From NCBI GenBank assembly GCA_964016885.1, contig OZ024743.1:377456001-377520000 (forward strand): 64,000 bases of DNA, given 5' to 3'. Below the pieces are notes generated by a model. That model was not told the DNA's origin. It did no database searches and was given only the letters and a program-made list of their open reading frames with translations. Made by a program: the position numbers and the translations under genes. This stretch comes from Eledone cirrhosa. Lineage: Eukaryota. This document shows, in pieces, positions 53,171 through 64,000 of this stretch; the first letter of the stretch is position 1; every line of letters begins with the position of its first letter.

Positions 53171-54996
53171 GAAGGTGGCGAGAGCACTTTGATGAATATT
53201 TGAATCAGCTGTCTGTCGTCAATGAATATTTCCTCAATCTAATCCCTGAAAAACCTGTGAAAGTAGCTCTCGCAGCACCTAAGTCTTTAGAGGAAGTTGC
53301 AGTAGCTGTCTCGAAGCTGAACAGGTATGGATGGCATACATGCAGAGCTCTTACAATATGGTAGTGAGAAACCTCTACGACATCTTCACTCTTTGTTTCA
53401 GATATGGGCTAGTGAATCCGTACATAGAGAGATGCAGTAATGGTAGTCTTGTTCAAGGGAAAGGGTAACAAGGATGATTGTGGAAACTATAGGGGTATAT
53501 CATTGCATTCTGTCGTAAGAAAAGTTTTATGTGGGGTGCTTCTAGGCTGTCTGCTGACACACATTGCAGATTGTGTTCTTCCTGAAAGTCAATCTGGTTT
53601 TCATGCTATACGCGGCACTACTGATATGATCTTCTCAGCTAGAGAGCTCCAGGAGAAGTGCGAGGAACAGGGTTTGGATCTGTATCAGGTTTTTGTCGAT
53701 CTGACAAAAGCTTTCGATACTGTTAACAGAAATGCATTTTGGAAGGTTCTCGCAGATGATTGCGATCTTGTAGCGCAACACTTTTTTAATGCATTTTCTG
53801 ATGCTTGCACAGCCCTACGATTGACTGTCAGTCTCAAGAAAACCGTTGTCATGTACCAACCTGCCCCTGATAAGCAGTGCAATGAACCAAATATCTATGT
53901 GTATGGTAAACGACTATGAGTGGTTGATCAGTTTGTCCACCTGTCAAGCACTGTCAATCGATACAGCAACCTTGATAATGAAATTCCACTCAGGATTAGG
54001 AAAGCAAGTGATGCTTTCGGAAAGCTAGAAAGGCGCCTCTGTGGTCGGCGAAACATGCAAGAAGACAAAGGTAAAGCTGTACAAGGCATGTGTGCTCTCT
54101 TCTCTTCTTTATGCCTCCGAGACCTGGGTCACATATCGACACCACCTTAAACAATTGAAACGTTTCCATCAGATGTGTTTTAGATGGATCCATGGCGTTC
54201 ACTGGAGGGACCACATCAGTGATGCCGAGATTTTAGAAAGCTCTCTGTGTGAAAGCATAGAAGCTCTTGTGCTTAAGCAAAGACTCCGATGGAGTCGTCA
54301 CCTTGCCAGGATGGAGGATTCTAGGACACCAAAACAACTCTTTTATGGGGAGTTAGTTAAATGAAAACGACTTCCACAAAACCAAAAAAAGAGGTATAAG
54401 GATTCGTTGAAAGCCTCCTTGAAAGACGCTAACATCTCTGCTGATACATGGGAAAGCGTAGCTGCTGATCGTAGTTAATGGCGAAAGACTGTACATGAGG
54501 GGAAAGTTGCTTTTGAAGCATCTCGAATCCCATACGAGAAAGTAAAGCGGGATGTGAGGAAAGGCATTACTGTTACATTTCCAGACATCAAAGGTCCTCC
54601 TATGGCGCTGACATGCAGCGTCTGTGCAAGACTCTGCCTCAGTAAAGCTGAACTCAAGTCATCTTCGCCGTCATAAAGTGAGACCAGTGTTTGACTACCA
54701 GGCTGTTGTAGGAGATGCTACTCATCATACCTTCCAAGCATGTGAAAAAGAGTGTAGATCAGCAGGAGGTCTCAAACGACATGCAAAAGTATATGAAATC
54801 CAACCACAGCCGGCTGTTGCCAGTGAATGTTTTTATCATTGTTGCCAACTCCGTGCAAGACATTTTAGATCATTGGCTGGGCTAAAAAGCCACATTCGAT
54901 GGCAGCACCGTTAATTATTAATATGTGTGTGTAGGTGTGTGTGTGTAAGTGTTTATCGTGCAATGGCCATACTCGAGGACGAGGGGGCAGCCATCA
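53171..54996 (+). pseudogene. Decayed RTE-clade LINE (RT with internal deletion, C-terminal C2H2 fingers)
   Basis: Motifs WREHF, CGNYRGISL, LPESQSGF, GTTDMIFSARELQEKC, FVDLTKAFDTV fused to ADDC, LLYASETW, RLRWSRHLARM, PKQLFYGEL. Confidence 0.9.
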
Positions 54997-55146
54997 TGCA
55001 TGCATCTATGTACGTATGTACGTAAGTATGTATTTATGTATGCATGTATGTATGTATGTTTGTTTGTATTTATGTATGTATGTATGCATGCATCTATGTA
55101 TGTATGTATATATGTATGTATATATATATGTATGTATGTACCAGTT

Positions 55147-55520
55147 GGTGCTACTGGTAACATGTATCCCAGTACAACCTGTCTCATGGTCGGGTCGTTG
55201 GCGACTAAACTGGCAACCCCACCAAGGTTTCTTGGTGAGGAGGGTGACTTTGGACATCCTGCAGGACTAAAAACCTGTCAAAGGGCAAAGGAGCTCTTAA
55301 GAGTCAGTGGCCATCCAAAATCACCGGGAGAGATGACCCCTTAGCCTTTGTCAAGGCAGAATTCTAGAAGGAAAACTCTGATATAACACCTGCAACCCTG
55401 ATGGTATCCAATGATGTTGACTTGTTTTTCTTTTTGGTAAATATCATCTTGGTTAAGAGAGTGGGACTGGCTTTGTGCAGTGCCTTTGCTCACTATAAAA
55501 GCTTCACGGCACAGGCATTG
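55147..55520 (+). mobile_element. Dispersed repeat, probably an RTE 5' leader (copy at 34575-35015; fragments at 1-30 and ~63138-63162)
   Basis: Shared gtgctactggtaacatgta..ccagtacaacctgtc through cttcac..cacaggcattg. Confidence 0.65.
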
Positions 55521-55559
55521 CTTTATATCTGGAGATCTCTCTGCATTTGTCATCACATG

Positions 55560-55735
55560 GTACCATGGGCCCAGCGCTGTGTGTCAATAATTGTCACAAG
55601 TGTAGTGTTTGTACCAGAGTTTTCAAGTCGCTGGCTGGACTAAAAAGTCACACTCGTTCAGCGCATCGGTAGGAGTTCTCCTACATGGATATAAAGTAGT
55701 GGCCATACTCGAAAACGAGTTGGCAGCCACCATGT
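55560..55735 (+). mobile_element. 3' end of a second RTE copy (zinc finger + tail)
   Basis: Encodes HKCSVCTRVFKSLAGLKSHTRSAH, followed by the tail ggccatactcga..cgag..ggcagcca shared with 54958-54996 and 35262-35300. Confidence 0.75.
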
Positions 55736-55797
55736 ATATGTATGTATTTTTGTATGTATATCTATGTTAGTATGTATGTAAAATATGTAGCTATGGC

Positions 55798-55924
<127 letters not shown>

Positions 55925-56055
55925 AATCGAAAATGCAACTGGAGTCTTATCTTTTTTTTAATATATATATATATTTATTTGGTTCCTTTACCGGTTTCGC
56001 AGTTCTTCTGCTTTTCAAAAGTAGAGTTGAGATGGAGGGTCTGTGGTTTTTCTCA

Positions 56056-56106
<51 letters not shown>

Positions 56107-56823
56107 TACATATATATATACATATAACTGTGTATTGATGACGTTTTAAATATCTGGTTTGTTCACCAGCTTTTATCAGCAAATGAAATTAATCTGCACA
56201 AATTCAGTACTTGACAGCAGTTAGAAATATGCACACAGCACAAATTGATGACTACTGGAAGGATCATTACACAAGTTCAACCTCTTCTCATTCGAAGCCT
56301 ATTATTCATATTAAGACTGCTTTTGTGACAAATAGCTTTATATGCCAAAAAATACAGCTAATTGCATGCATCAGTGTATAAGCCCGCATAAACAAGTATG
56401 GTGACAAATGTGATTAGCAAGAGTGTTAATAGGCAGTTAGAGTAGAAGCGACATCTAGAGGAAAAGTTATAAGACACTCACAGAAAAAACTCTTGTTCAT
56501 TATATTGTATTATATTATATTATATTTCTCCGTAATGTCTTCAACAACTTACAAATTAATTCTGACAGCAAAGAGTTCCTTTTTTTTGTATTTTGTGTGT
56601 ATATTTACATACATACATACATACATACATAGATACATACATAGATCCATACATACATACATAAATACATACATATGTATATACATACGTACGTACATAC
56701 ATATGTATGTATGTGTATGTATACATACATACAAAATATACCAAAATATATATATGCATATGTATATATATATACATACCTATATATATATATATATATA
56801 TAAACACATACATATATATATAC

Positions 56824-56903
<80 letters not shown>

Positions 56904-58304
56904 TTCGGTATATTTTGTTTCTGTACATACATATATATATATATACATACATATATGTATACATGTATAAAAAGAGAGAGAGTGTGTGGTGGGGAGAACA
57001 AATAAAAGCGAAAAGCGTCAGTAAAGGAGAATTGAAAATGTTAAAATCGATGATATACGCCATTTTAAAAGTCAGTGAAATTTTACTAATGCTTGAATAA
57101 ATACAAAATTGCTAAAAACATGCTACAAAATTGCTAAAAAGATGACTAAAAATACATTAAAGATGTAAAATAAACGAAAGATATTATGAAATGAGAAGTA
57201 AAAATGGTGTGAGTAAAGAGATAAGTTTTGACAAAGAGAGAAAGTAGATATGTAAGGTTGGTCACCAACCAACATGGCTTGTTTGTTCTTCTGTTTCATA
57301 GCGTGTTTCACTGACTGTTGAAAATGGAATTTTCTTCAACGTCGTCCATCATACCAACCAATACTTACCTCTCATAACATATTAGAAGTCAGCCATTTGT
57401 CTTGTCATTTCTGTCACCAACTTTTATACTTCTCATCATCTAAGTCGCTTTACATTAATTTTCTTCCTATCCATTTCTTCAATTTAGTCTTGTTCAGCGT
57501 TTCAACTTCCGTCTCTTCTCTCCCACTTATGTTGCTGCTGACACTGCTGCTGCTGTTGCTGCTTTTGACAATACTGTTGTTGCTACTACTGTTATTACTG
57601 CTGGTGGTGGTAATGGTGGTTGTGGCGGTGGTGGTGCTGGTGGTGGTGTGGGTGGTGGTGATGGTGGTGATGGTGGTGGTGGTGATAGTCGTGGTGATGC
57701 TGGTGGTGATGGTGGTGCTGGTGGTGCTGGTGGTGGCAGCGGTGGCGGCAGCGATAGTGCTGGTGGTGGGGATGTATCCTTTTTTTTTCTTTAATAGCAC
57801 AAACTTTTCCAATCATTCTACATCATATATAATGCCACAGGAAAGAGGAATTATAGAATACCATTAAATATATGTTCCAGACAATAGTTTAATAGATGGC
57901 GGCAACTAATCTAAGTGAAGCTAATAAATTTGCTACTCCTGTTGAAAATATGTTGCATTATTGGAATTATGAAGTGGAAAATAGGTAATACTAAAAATGA
58001 GAATAACTGTCAGTAGTATGGCCAAGAAGAGACAAAAACTGTGATTAGAAAAATAATTTATATTCAAATAAATTTTAAATGTCTTTTTATAGGTATGGAA
58101 ATCGTGCTAATGTCTAGCTTCAGTCGCATTTGTTTAGATCAACATGGCAATTATCTTGTGGAGACAAAAACTGTTGTAGATATTCGAAGATTTCTTACAT
58201 TTCCGTACAAGTTTAAACTTCAGTTTTTAAAAACAACTCATTCATTACATTGATGATCAACATTGAGGATCAACATTGAGGATCAACATTGTCTATAAAC
58301 ATAT

Positions 58305-58870
58305 AAGATATTATAGAGTACTAAGATATTATAGAGTACTAAGATGTTACAACGAGTACCAAGATATTACACTGAGTACTAAGATATAACAATGAGTACT
58401 AAGATGTTACAGAGAGTACCAAGATATTACAATGAGTACTAAGATGTTACAATGAGTACTAAGATATTACACTGAGTAGCAAGATATTACAATGAGTACT
58501 AAGATGTTACAATGAGTACCAAGATATTACCATCAGTACTAAGATGTTACAAAGAGTACCAAGATAGTACAATGAATACTAAGATATTACAATGAGTACA
58601 AAGAAATTACACTGAGTATTAACATATTACAAAGAGTACTAAGATATTACTATGAGTACTACAATATTACTATGAGTACTAAGATATTACTATGAGTACT
58701 AAGATATTACAATGAGTACTAAGATATTACACTGAGTACTAAGATATTACAAAGAGTAGAAAGAGGATGTATAAACATTAAATATATTACAATGGGTACT
58801 AAAATAGTACAAAGAGTACCAATATTGTGTATAAATATTAAAGATATTACAAAGGGTACCAAGATTGTGT
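58305..58870. repeat. 20-bp minisatellite
   Basis: Unit approximately GAGTACTAAGATATTACAAT with point variants. Confidence 0.9.
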
Positions 58871-60966
58871 ATATTAATTGTTACGGCCGTCGCTGGTTGC
58901 CCGCCCCCCTTCCCCAATGTAGGAGGCCAAGGACATTGACCAGGGAAGGAGTATAGTCAAGTCTCGTTATACCGTATGTATGCATGTATATATGATGTAT
59001 GCGTGGATGGATGGACTGTAAATGTTGGTAGTCTCGTATGGACGCCGTAGTGACTTTCAGCATCTCTTGGGTATATTAAACCTGGCGGAACCCATCCCTC
59101 TTCAGGGTTGAACACAATCGATTTCTTCCATAGAAAAAGACAGAGTGGGTGATAGAGAGGAAGTAAGAAAGAGATGTAGAGAAAGAATCGACCCCACTAT
59201 TGGACTAATACTTTCTTTTATCGACCTGGAAAGGATGAAGAGTAAAGTTGACCTCAGCGACATTTGAACTAAGACAGCAGAAAAACGGAACGAAGACTGC
59301 AAAACATTTAACCAACGTTCCAACTCGGTATATTACTGGTACTTATTTTATCAATACTGATAAAAGTCGAACAAGCTCTCGTGGGGTTTGAACTCTTCTT
59401 GAAACGTTTTCTCCTGTAGTCTACCATTTCCAATAATTCGTTGTCCTTCAGATAAAAAGAAATATTAACTAACGAAGATTGAAACAAAAGAGGTCGTGTG
59501 CAAAACTATATTGGAAAGCAGTCGTCTGCCATTTAATGTTGAAACTGAAAAACCTCTCCTTGTTACTACACCGTGTTAAAATGACCAACCGGAAATATAG
59601 TACCGGAAGTAATAACGTAACCCGGTTGGTCTTCTTACAAAATGCCAACAGCTTTTTACCGGAAGTACTAATCTGTCCTAGTTGCGTCTGATTTTATAAC
59701 GTAAAAAAAAATACAAAACTGCCAACAAACTTGTTTATCAGCGGAAGCAATCAATATGAAATTATAACAGTCAGTTATTTAACAGCAAAGCTACAAATCC
59801 ATTAGGTATTGTCTAAATGAGCGCTGCTGTTGTAGTTGTTGTTGTTAGTGGTGTTAGTGGTGTTAGTGGTGGTAATGGTGGTCTTCTTTTTTATTTTTAC
59901 GCCTCAGCCTATACAGTGTGGGTTTCCAGAATAATCTCAAGTTACAATATCTCGTCGCCAGTGTCGAGATGTGTCGAGTATTAATGATTAAGTGGAGTTG
60001 GAGTTAAGATGGTTAGTTAAGACTGTTACGTTTTATCATATAAAATAGACGGAACATTATTTGAAGCTTGGCAAATCATTTTCTTCAGCCAATTACTCAT
60101 ACAAATATTTATTTAACTATTCTATTTTTCTACCTTGACTTTTTTCTTTTCGCTATTTTAGGTTGTTGTTGTTTGTTTTTGTTTTTTTTGTTTTTTTTTG
60201 GCTTAATTTCACCACCTTTTTTCGTTTGTTTGTTATTCAATTTTCTCCGTCTTTACTGGTCGTACAGTTTCTCCTCGTCGCACCCACGCAAACACCCAAC
60301 CACCCAACCACCATGCTGGTTTCTATATCTCGTTAGACTTAAACTAATGACCTCACAGGTCATATGTACCTTCTCTCTGGACTATACATGTAACAATAAC
60401 ACCTGGTTACTTACACAAGATGACGTCATCTAACCAGTGAGAGTGAGGCTCTGTTGCACTAAGACACAGCCAGGCTGTATCCTTATAACAACGACTCGGT
60501 TCTTCTCTACCATGTAATTGTAGGGTTTTTGAAGGCGTGTCAGTTGTGAGGTGAGCACGCCATTGCTGTTGAGCTACAACAACAAACAATCAAATCAAGA
60601 GCAGGCTGAATTTCTTTTCATCTAGTTTCTTCTTGTGTTAAACTAAATGACAGGATAAAAAGAAAAAAAGAAAGAACCCCCCCCCCCCCCCTATCAGAAT
60701 TTCTCAGCATAGATAGAATTCTCTGTGTGTTGTAGGAATAGGCCAAGAGAACCATGCGTGATTGGACTGCATCAGTCTCTCTATAAACTTGCTTTACACA
60801 GGACTCCACTGACCTAACAGTTATTACCATATTTACATACCAACACATGACTAACAAAACATATAAAACGAAATGTTAAACACAGAGACGACATATAAAC
60901 ACACAAAAAACAATTAACTAATTGAAATTTATTTCGAAGCAGCTTCTTGTTTTCATTGTTATCATC

Positions 60967-61960
60967 AAGGCAGTGAATTGGCAAGATCGGTAGAGCGTCT
61001 GACACCATGCTTGTGCAGCATAGAGTTATGGCCCTTTACGTTCTGAATTCAAATCCCGCCGAGGTTATAGCTTTGCCTGTCATCCTACGATGTCGATAAA
61101 ATAAAGTACCAGTAACGCACTAGGGGCGATTTAAGCAATTTTCCCCTCTCCTTCAAATTGTTGGCCTTGTGCCTAAATCAGAAACCATTACATAAGCACA
61201 CAAGGACGTTGAATTGGTAGAACTGTTAGAGTGTCGGATGCTTATGTCCTGGGTTCAAATCCGGCCGAGGTCAAGTTTGTCTAACATCCTTCTGAAATCG
61301 ATAAAATATAGTATCAGTTAAGTCCTGTCATCGAAGTAATCGATAAAATAAAGTACCAGTTAAGTCCTGTCATCGAAGTAATCGATAAAATAAAGTATCG
61401 GTAAAGTGTCGGACACCATGCTTGTGCAGCATAGAGTTATGGCACTTTAAATCCCACCGAGGTTAGCTTTGCCTTTCATCCTTATGGAGTTCATAAAATT
61501 AAATACTGGGATCGATTTAATCGATTTTCCCCCTACTCTAAAATTGCTGGCCTTGTGCCTAAATCAGAATCCCTTATTGTCGTTATCATCAGAGCGGTGG
61601 ATTGGCAGAATCGGTAGAGTGTCAGGCAAAGACATAGGAGTACTTGTTTTGGCTCTATACGTTCTGAGTTCAAATTCCGACGAGGTCAACTTTACCTTTT
61701 ATCCTTCCTGTGCCAATAAAACAAAGTAACAGTTAAGTACTGGAGTCGATTTAATTGACTTTCTCATTCCCTAAGTAGAAATTATTACTATGGTCATCAA
61801 GGCGGTAAATTGGCCGAATGGTTAGAGCGTCGGACAAAGGCTTGGCAATAAACTTCGGCTTTTTACGTGCTGAGTTCAAATCCCGCCGAGGTCAACATAT
61901 TCGACTTTCCTCTGCCTCACCAATCCATGGGTCTTGTAATTAAATTAGAATCTATTATAA
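60967..61960 (+). mobile_element. Cluster of five head-to-tail SINE copies
   Basis: Repeated A/B-box heads at ~60967, 61203, 61400 (truncated), 61592 and 61800. Confidence 0.85.
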
Positions 61961-62123
61961 TTATTCTATACAGCCAGTCCTCACTTAAAGATCATCTCTT
62001 TTAATGACCACCCACACGAACGTAACTTCATTTTTTTTATTGGTTTAACCCATTAAACTGTTGAAGAACTGCATATTTGTTATAAACTGTTTGAATTTCT
62101 TTTAATATATCTATAGGATACCT

Positions 62124-62213
<90 letters not shown>

Positions 62214-64000
62214 ATGTTTAATATAGAAATGGCTTCTACAGGACTAGAACTGTATTATTCAAAAGAAATCACCAGGAAAGCCGATGTTGAATAATCAACA
62301 TTTTCAAGCCCTACCAACTCACCCTTTCTTAGTGTCCGCTTTAGCTCTGCTTTTGTTTTGTTTTGTTTTTTGATTTTTGATTTTCGTTTCCTAACTTCAT
62401 TATGCGAGACGGGCACTATATATGTTTTGCTAATGTTGTTCTGATAGCAAAAACCAAACCCCACCTTCACGACACTCGTCTTTAGGCTTACCGGCCCAGA
62501 AAAGTGTAGATCCTGATGATACTTCGGTCAAGTCATCTTCACCTGACATATGCAGTCTTTGAAGCTCCTTAGTTACAAATGAGGTTCTTCTTTCTGGTCG
62601 GTTTCAAAAGTGTTCTAACATTCCAACAACAAAGGTTGAGCTTAACTCGCTCTTTTGCAATTAATTTAGCATCTTTTCTGCTCCTGCTGACATGAACCAC
62701 CGTTAGCCGCTGGGAACTAACCAGTGCTGATCTGACAGGCAATGTTCAGTGCACCTTTTCTAGCACCTTCTCAAAACACTGGATGAGCAGTGTTTTCCCT
62801 AACAAGACTGATCAAGCACAAGAACCTCCACCACAGGTAGACACAACAAAGATGTTAAGATAAAACCCTGTCGTCTATGTGCAGACTTGTAAGTGTGTGC
62901 CTCTAACTGGTTAGGTCTGCACACATCACCACTCCGCCATTGCCATAGAACTTTTAACAGATAAAATAACAAATGAGAAGATCATGAAAAAGATAGTGAT
63001 AAAGGCTTGTACAATACCATTCTCTAAATCTCGGTAATTATTATCAGATGACAAGCCTAAGCAAAATGACCAATAATCACATAAACCGCAGGTTTCACTT
63101 CACAGTGTCCCTCTCCTAGAAGAATGCCGTAACAACGGCTAGGGGTCCTTCACTCCCAATGGACTTTCTTTTTCTCATCTGCAGACGCCACGCCTGTATA
63201 CATGAGCTGCAGTAGTTCATTGATTTAGTGATACTGACGATTGACCAAGGAGGTTCTTCCGCACAACATTAGGTCCATACATAGAATAGTGTATGTAGGA
63301 CAACATTCTCCAGTGTGTTTTGAGTGTGATTTCGCTGCTATTTCTAACATATCGCGTGACTATGGGGATGGGCTTCTTTATCGGCTCTAACAATTCTCCA
63401 AATAGTTCGATATCAATACCTAGCGGTCGATGGGATTACCCAGAAGATTGATTTAAATTCTGGGCCATAAGTCGTCATGTGTATAAGATATGAAAATACA
63501 TAAAATAATGGTTTCTTATTTAGGCACGAGGCCAACAATATTGGGTGGGAGAGGAAAGTCGATTAAATCGACCCCAGTGTCTTACTGGTACTTTATTTTA
63601 TCGACCGCTGGAAGATGAAAGCCAAAGCTAACCTCGACGGGATTTGAACTCAGAGCGTAAAGAGTCGCAACATTATGCCACAAAGCATAGTCTGATGCTC
63701 TACCGACTCTGCCAATCCACCGCCCTAACAATAATAAAAATAATTGTTTCTACTTTTGGCACAAGGCCAGCAATTATATCAGTGTATTACTGGTACTTTA
63801 TTTTATCGACCCCGTAAGGATGAAAGGCAAAGTTAATCTCGGCGGGATTTGAACTCAAACCGTAAAGGGCCGTAATTCTATGCTGCAAAACATGGCGTCC
63901 GACCTTCTACCGATACTGCCAATCCAATAATTGTAATAATTTCTTTATTTCACAAAGATTCTGTTGGTTTGGGGACATTGCATGGATAAAATACAAAATC

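Noticed and set aside
58305-58870. CRISPR-like array
   Set aside because: Contiguous 20-bp minisatellite with only 1-3 variable bases.
62255-62870. Possible decayed LINE fragment on the minus strand
   Set aside because: Weak similarity to an RT C-terminal motif. Not supportable without a search.

Overview
Gene-free, AT-rich eukaryotic repeat landscape. The SINE families and microsatellite content strongly suggest an octopus or other cephalopod genome (inference). No host exon, rRNA, true tRNA or CRISPR array is supported, and most listed ORFs are translations of microsatellites. The window holds three distinct Penelope-like retroelements (PLEs; RT + GIY-YIG): a near-intact Neptune-like copy (11281-16773), a 5'-truncated YRDD-type copy with an inverted pLTR (19421-23116), and a decayed divergent copy (45357-48853). 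Other mobile DNA includes RTE LINE remnants, about 20 tRNA-derived SINEs, three non-autonomous Helitron copies, two MITEs and two minisatellites. Two signals stand out. (1) The Neptune-like PLE has an extra 400-aa coiled-coil ORF1 overlapping the RT-EN frame at an in-frame T TTT TTA slippery heptamer, which suggests gag-pol-style -1 frameshifting. (2) More than ten different non-coding sequence families sitting between (TA)n tracts each carry a minimal type I hammerhead ribozyme motif with a palindromic helix III. They occur as tandem or inverted units, and one has a compensatory U3-A8 core. All structures were read by eye and are not computationally validated.
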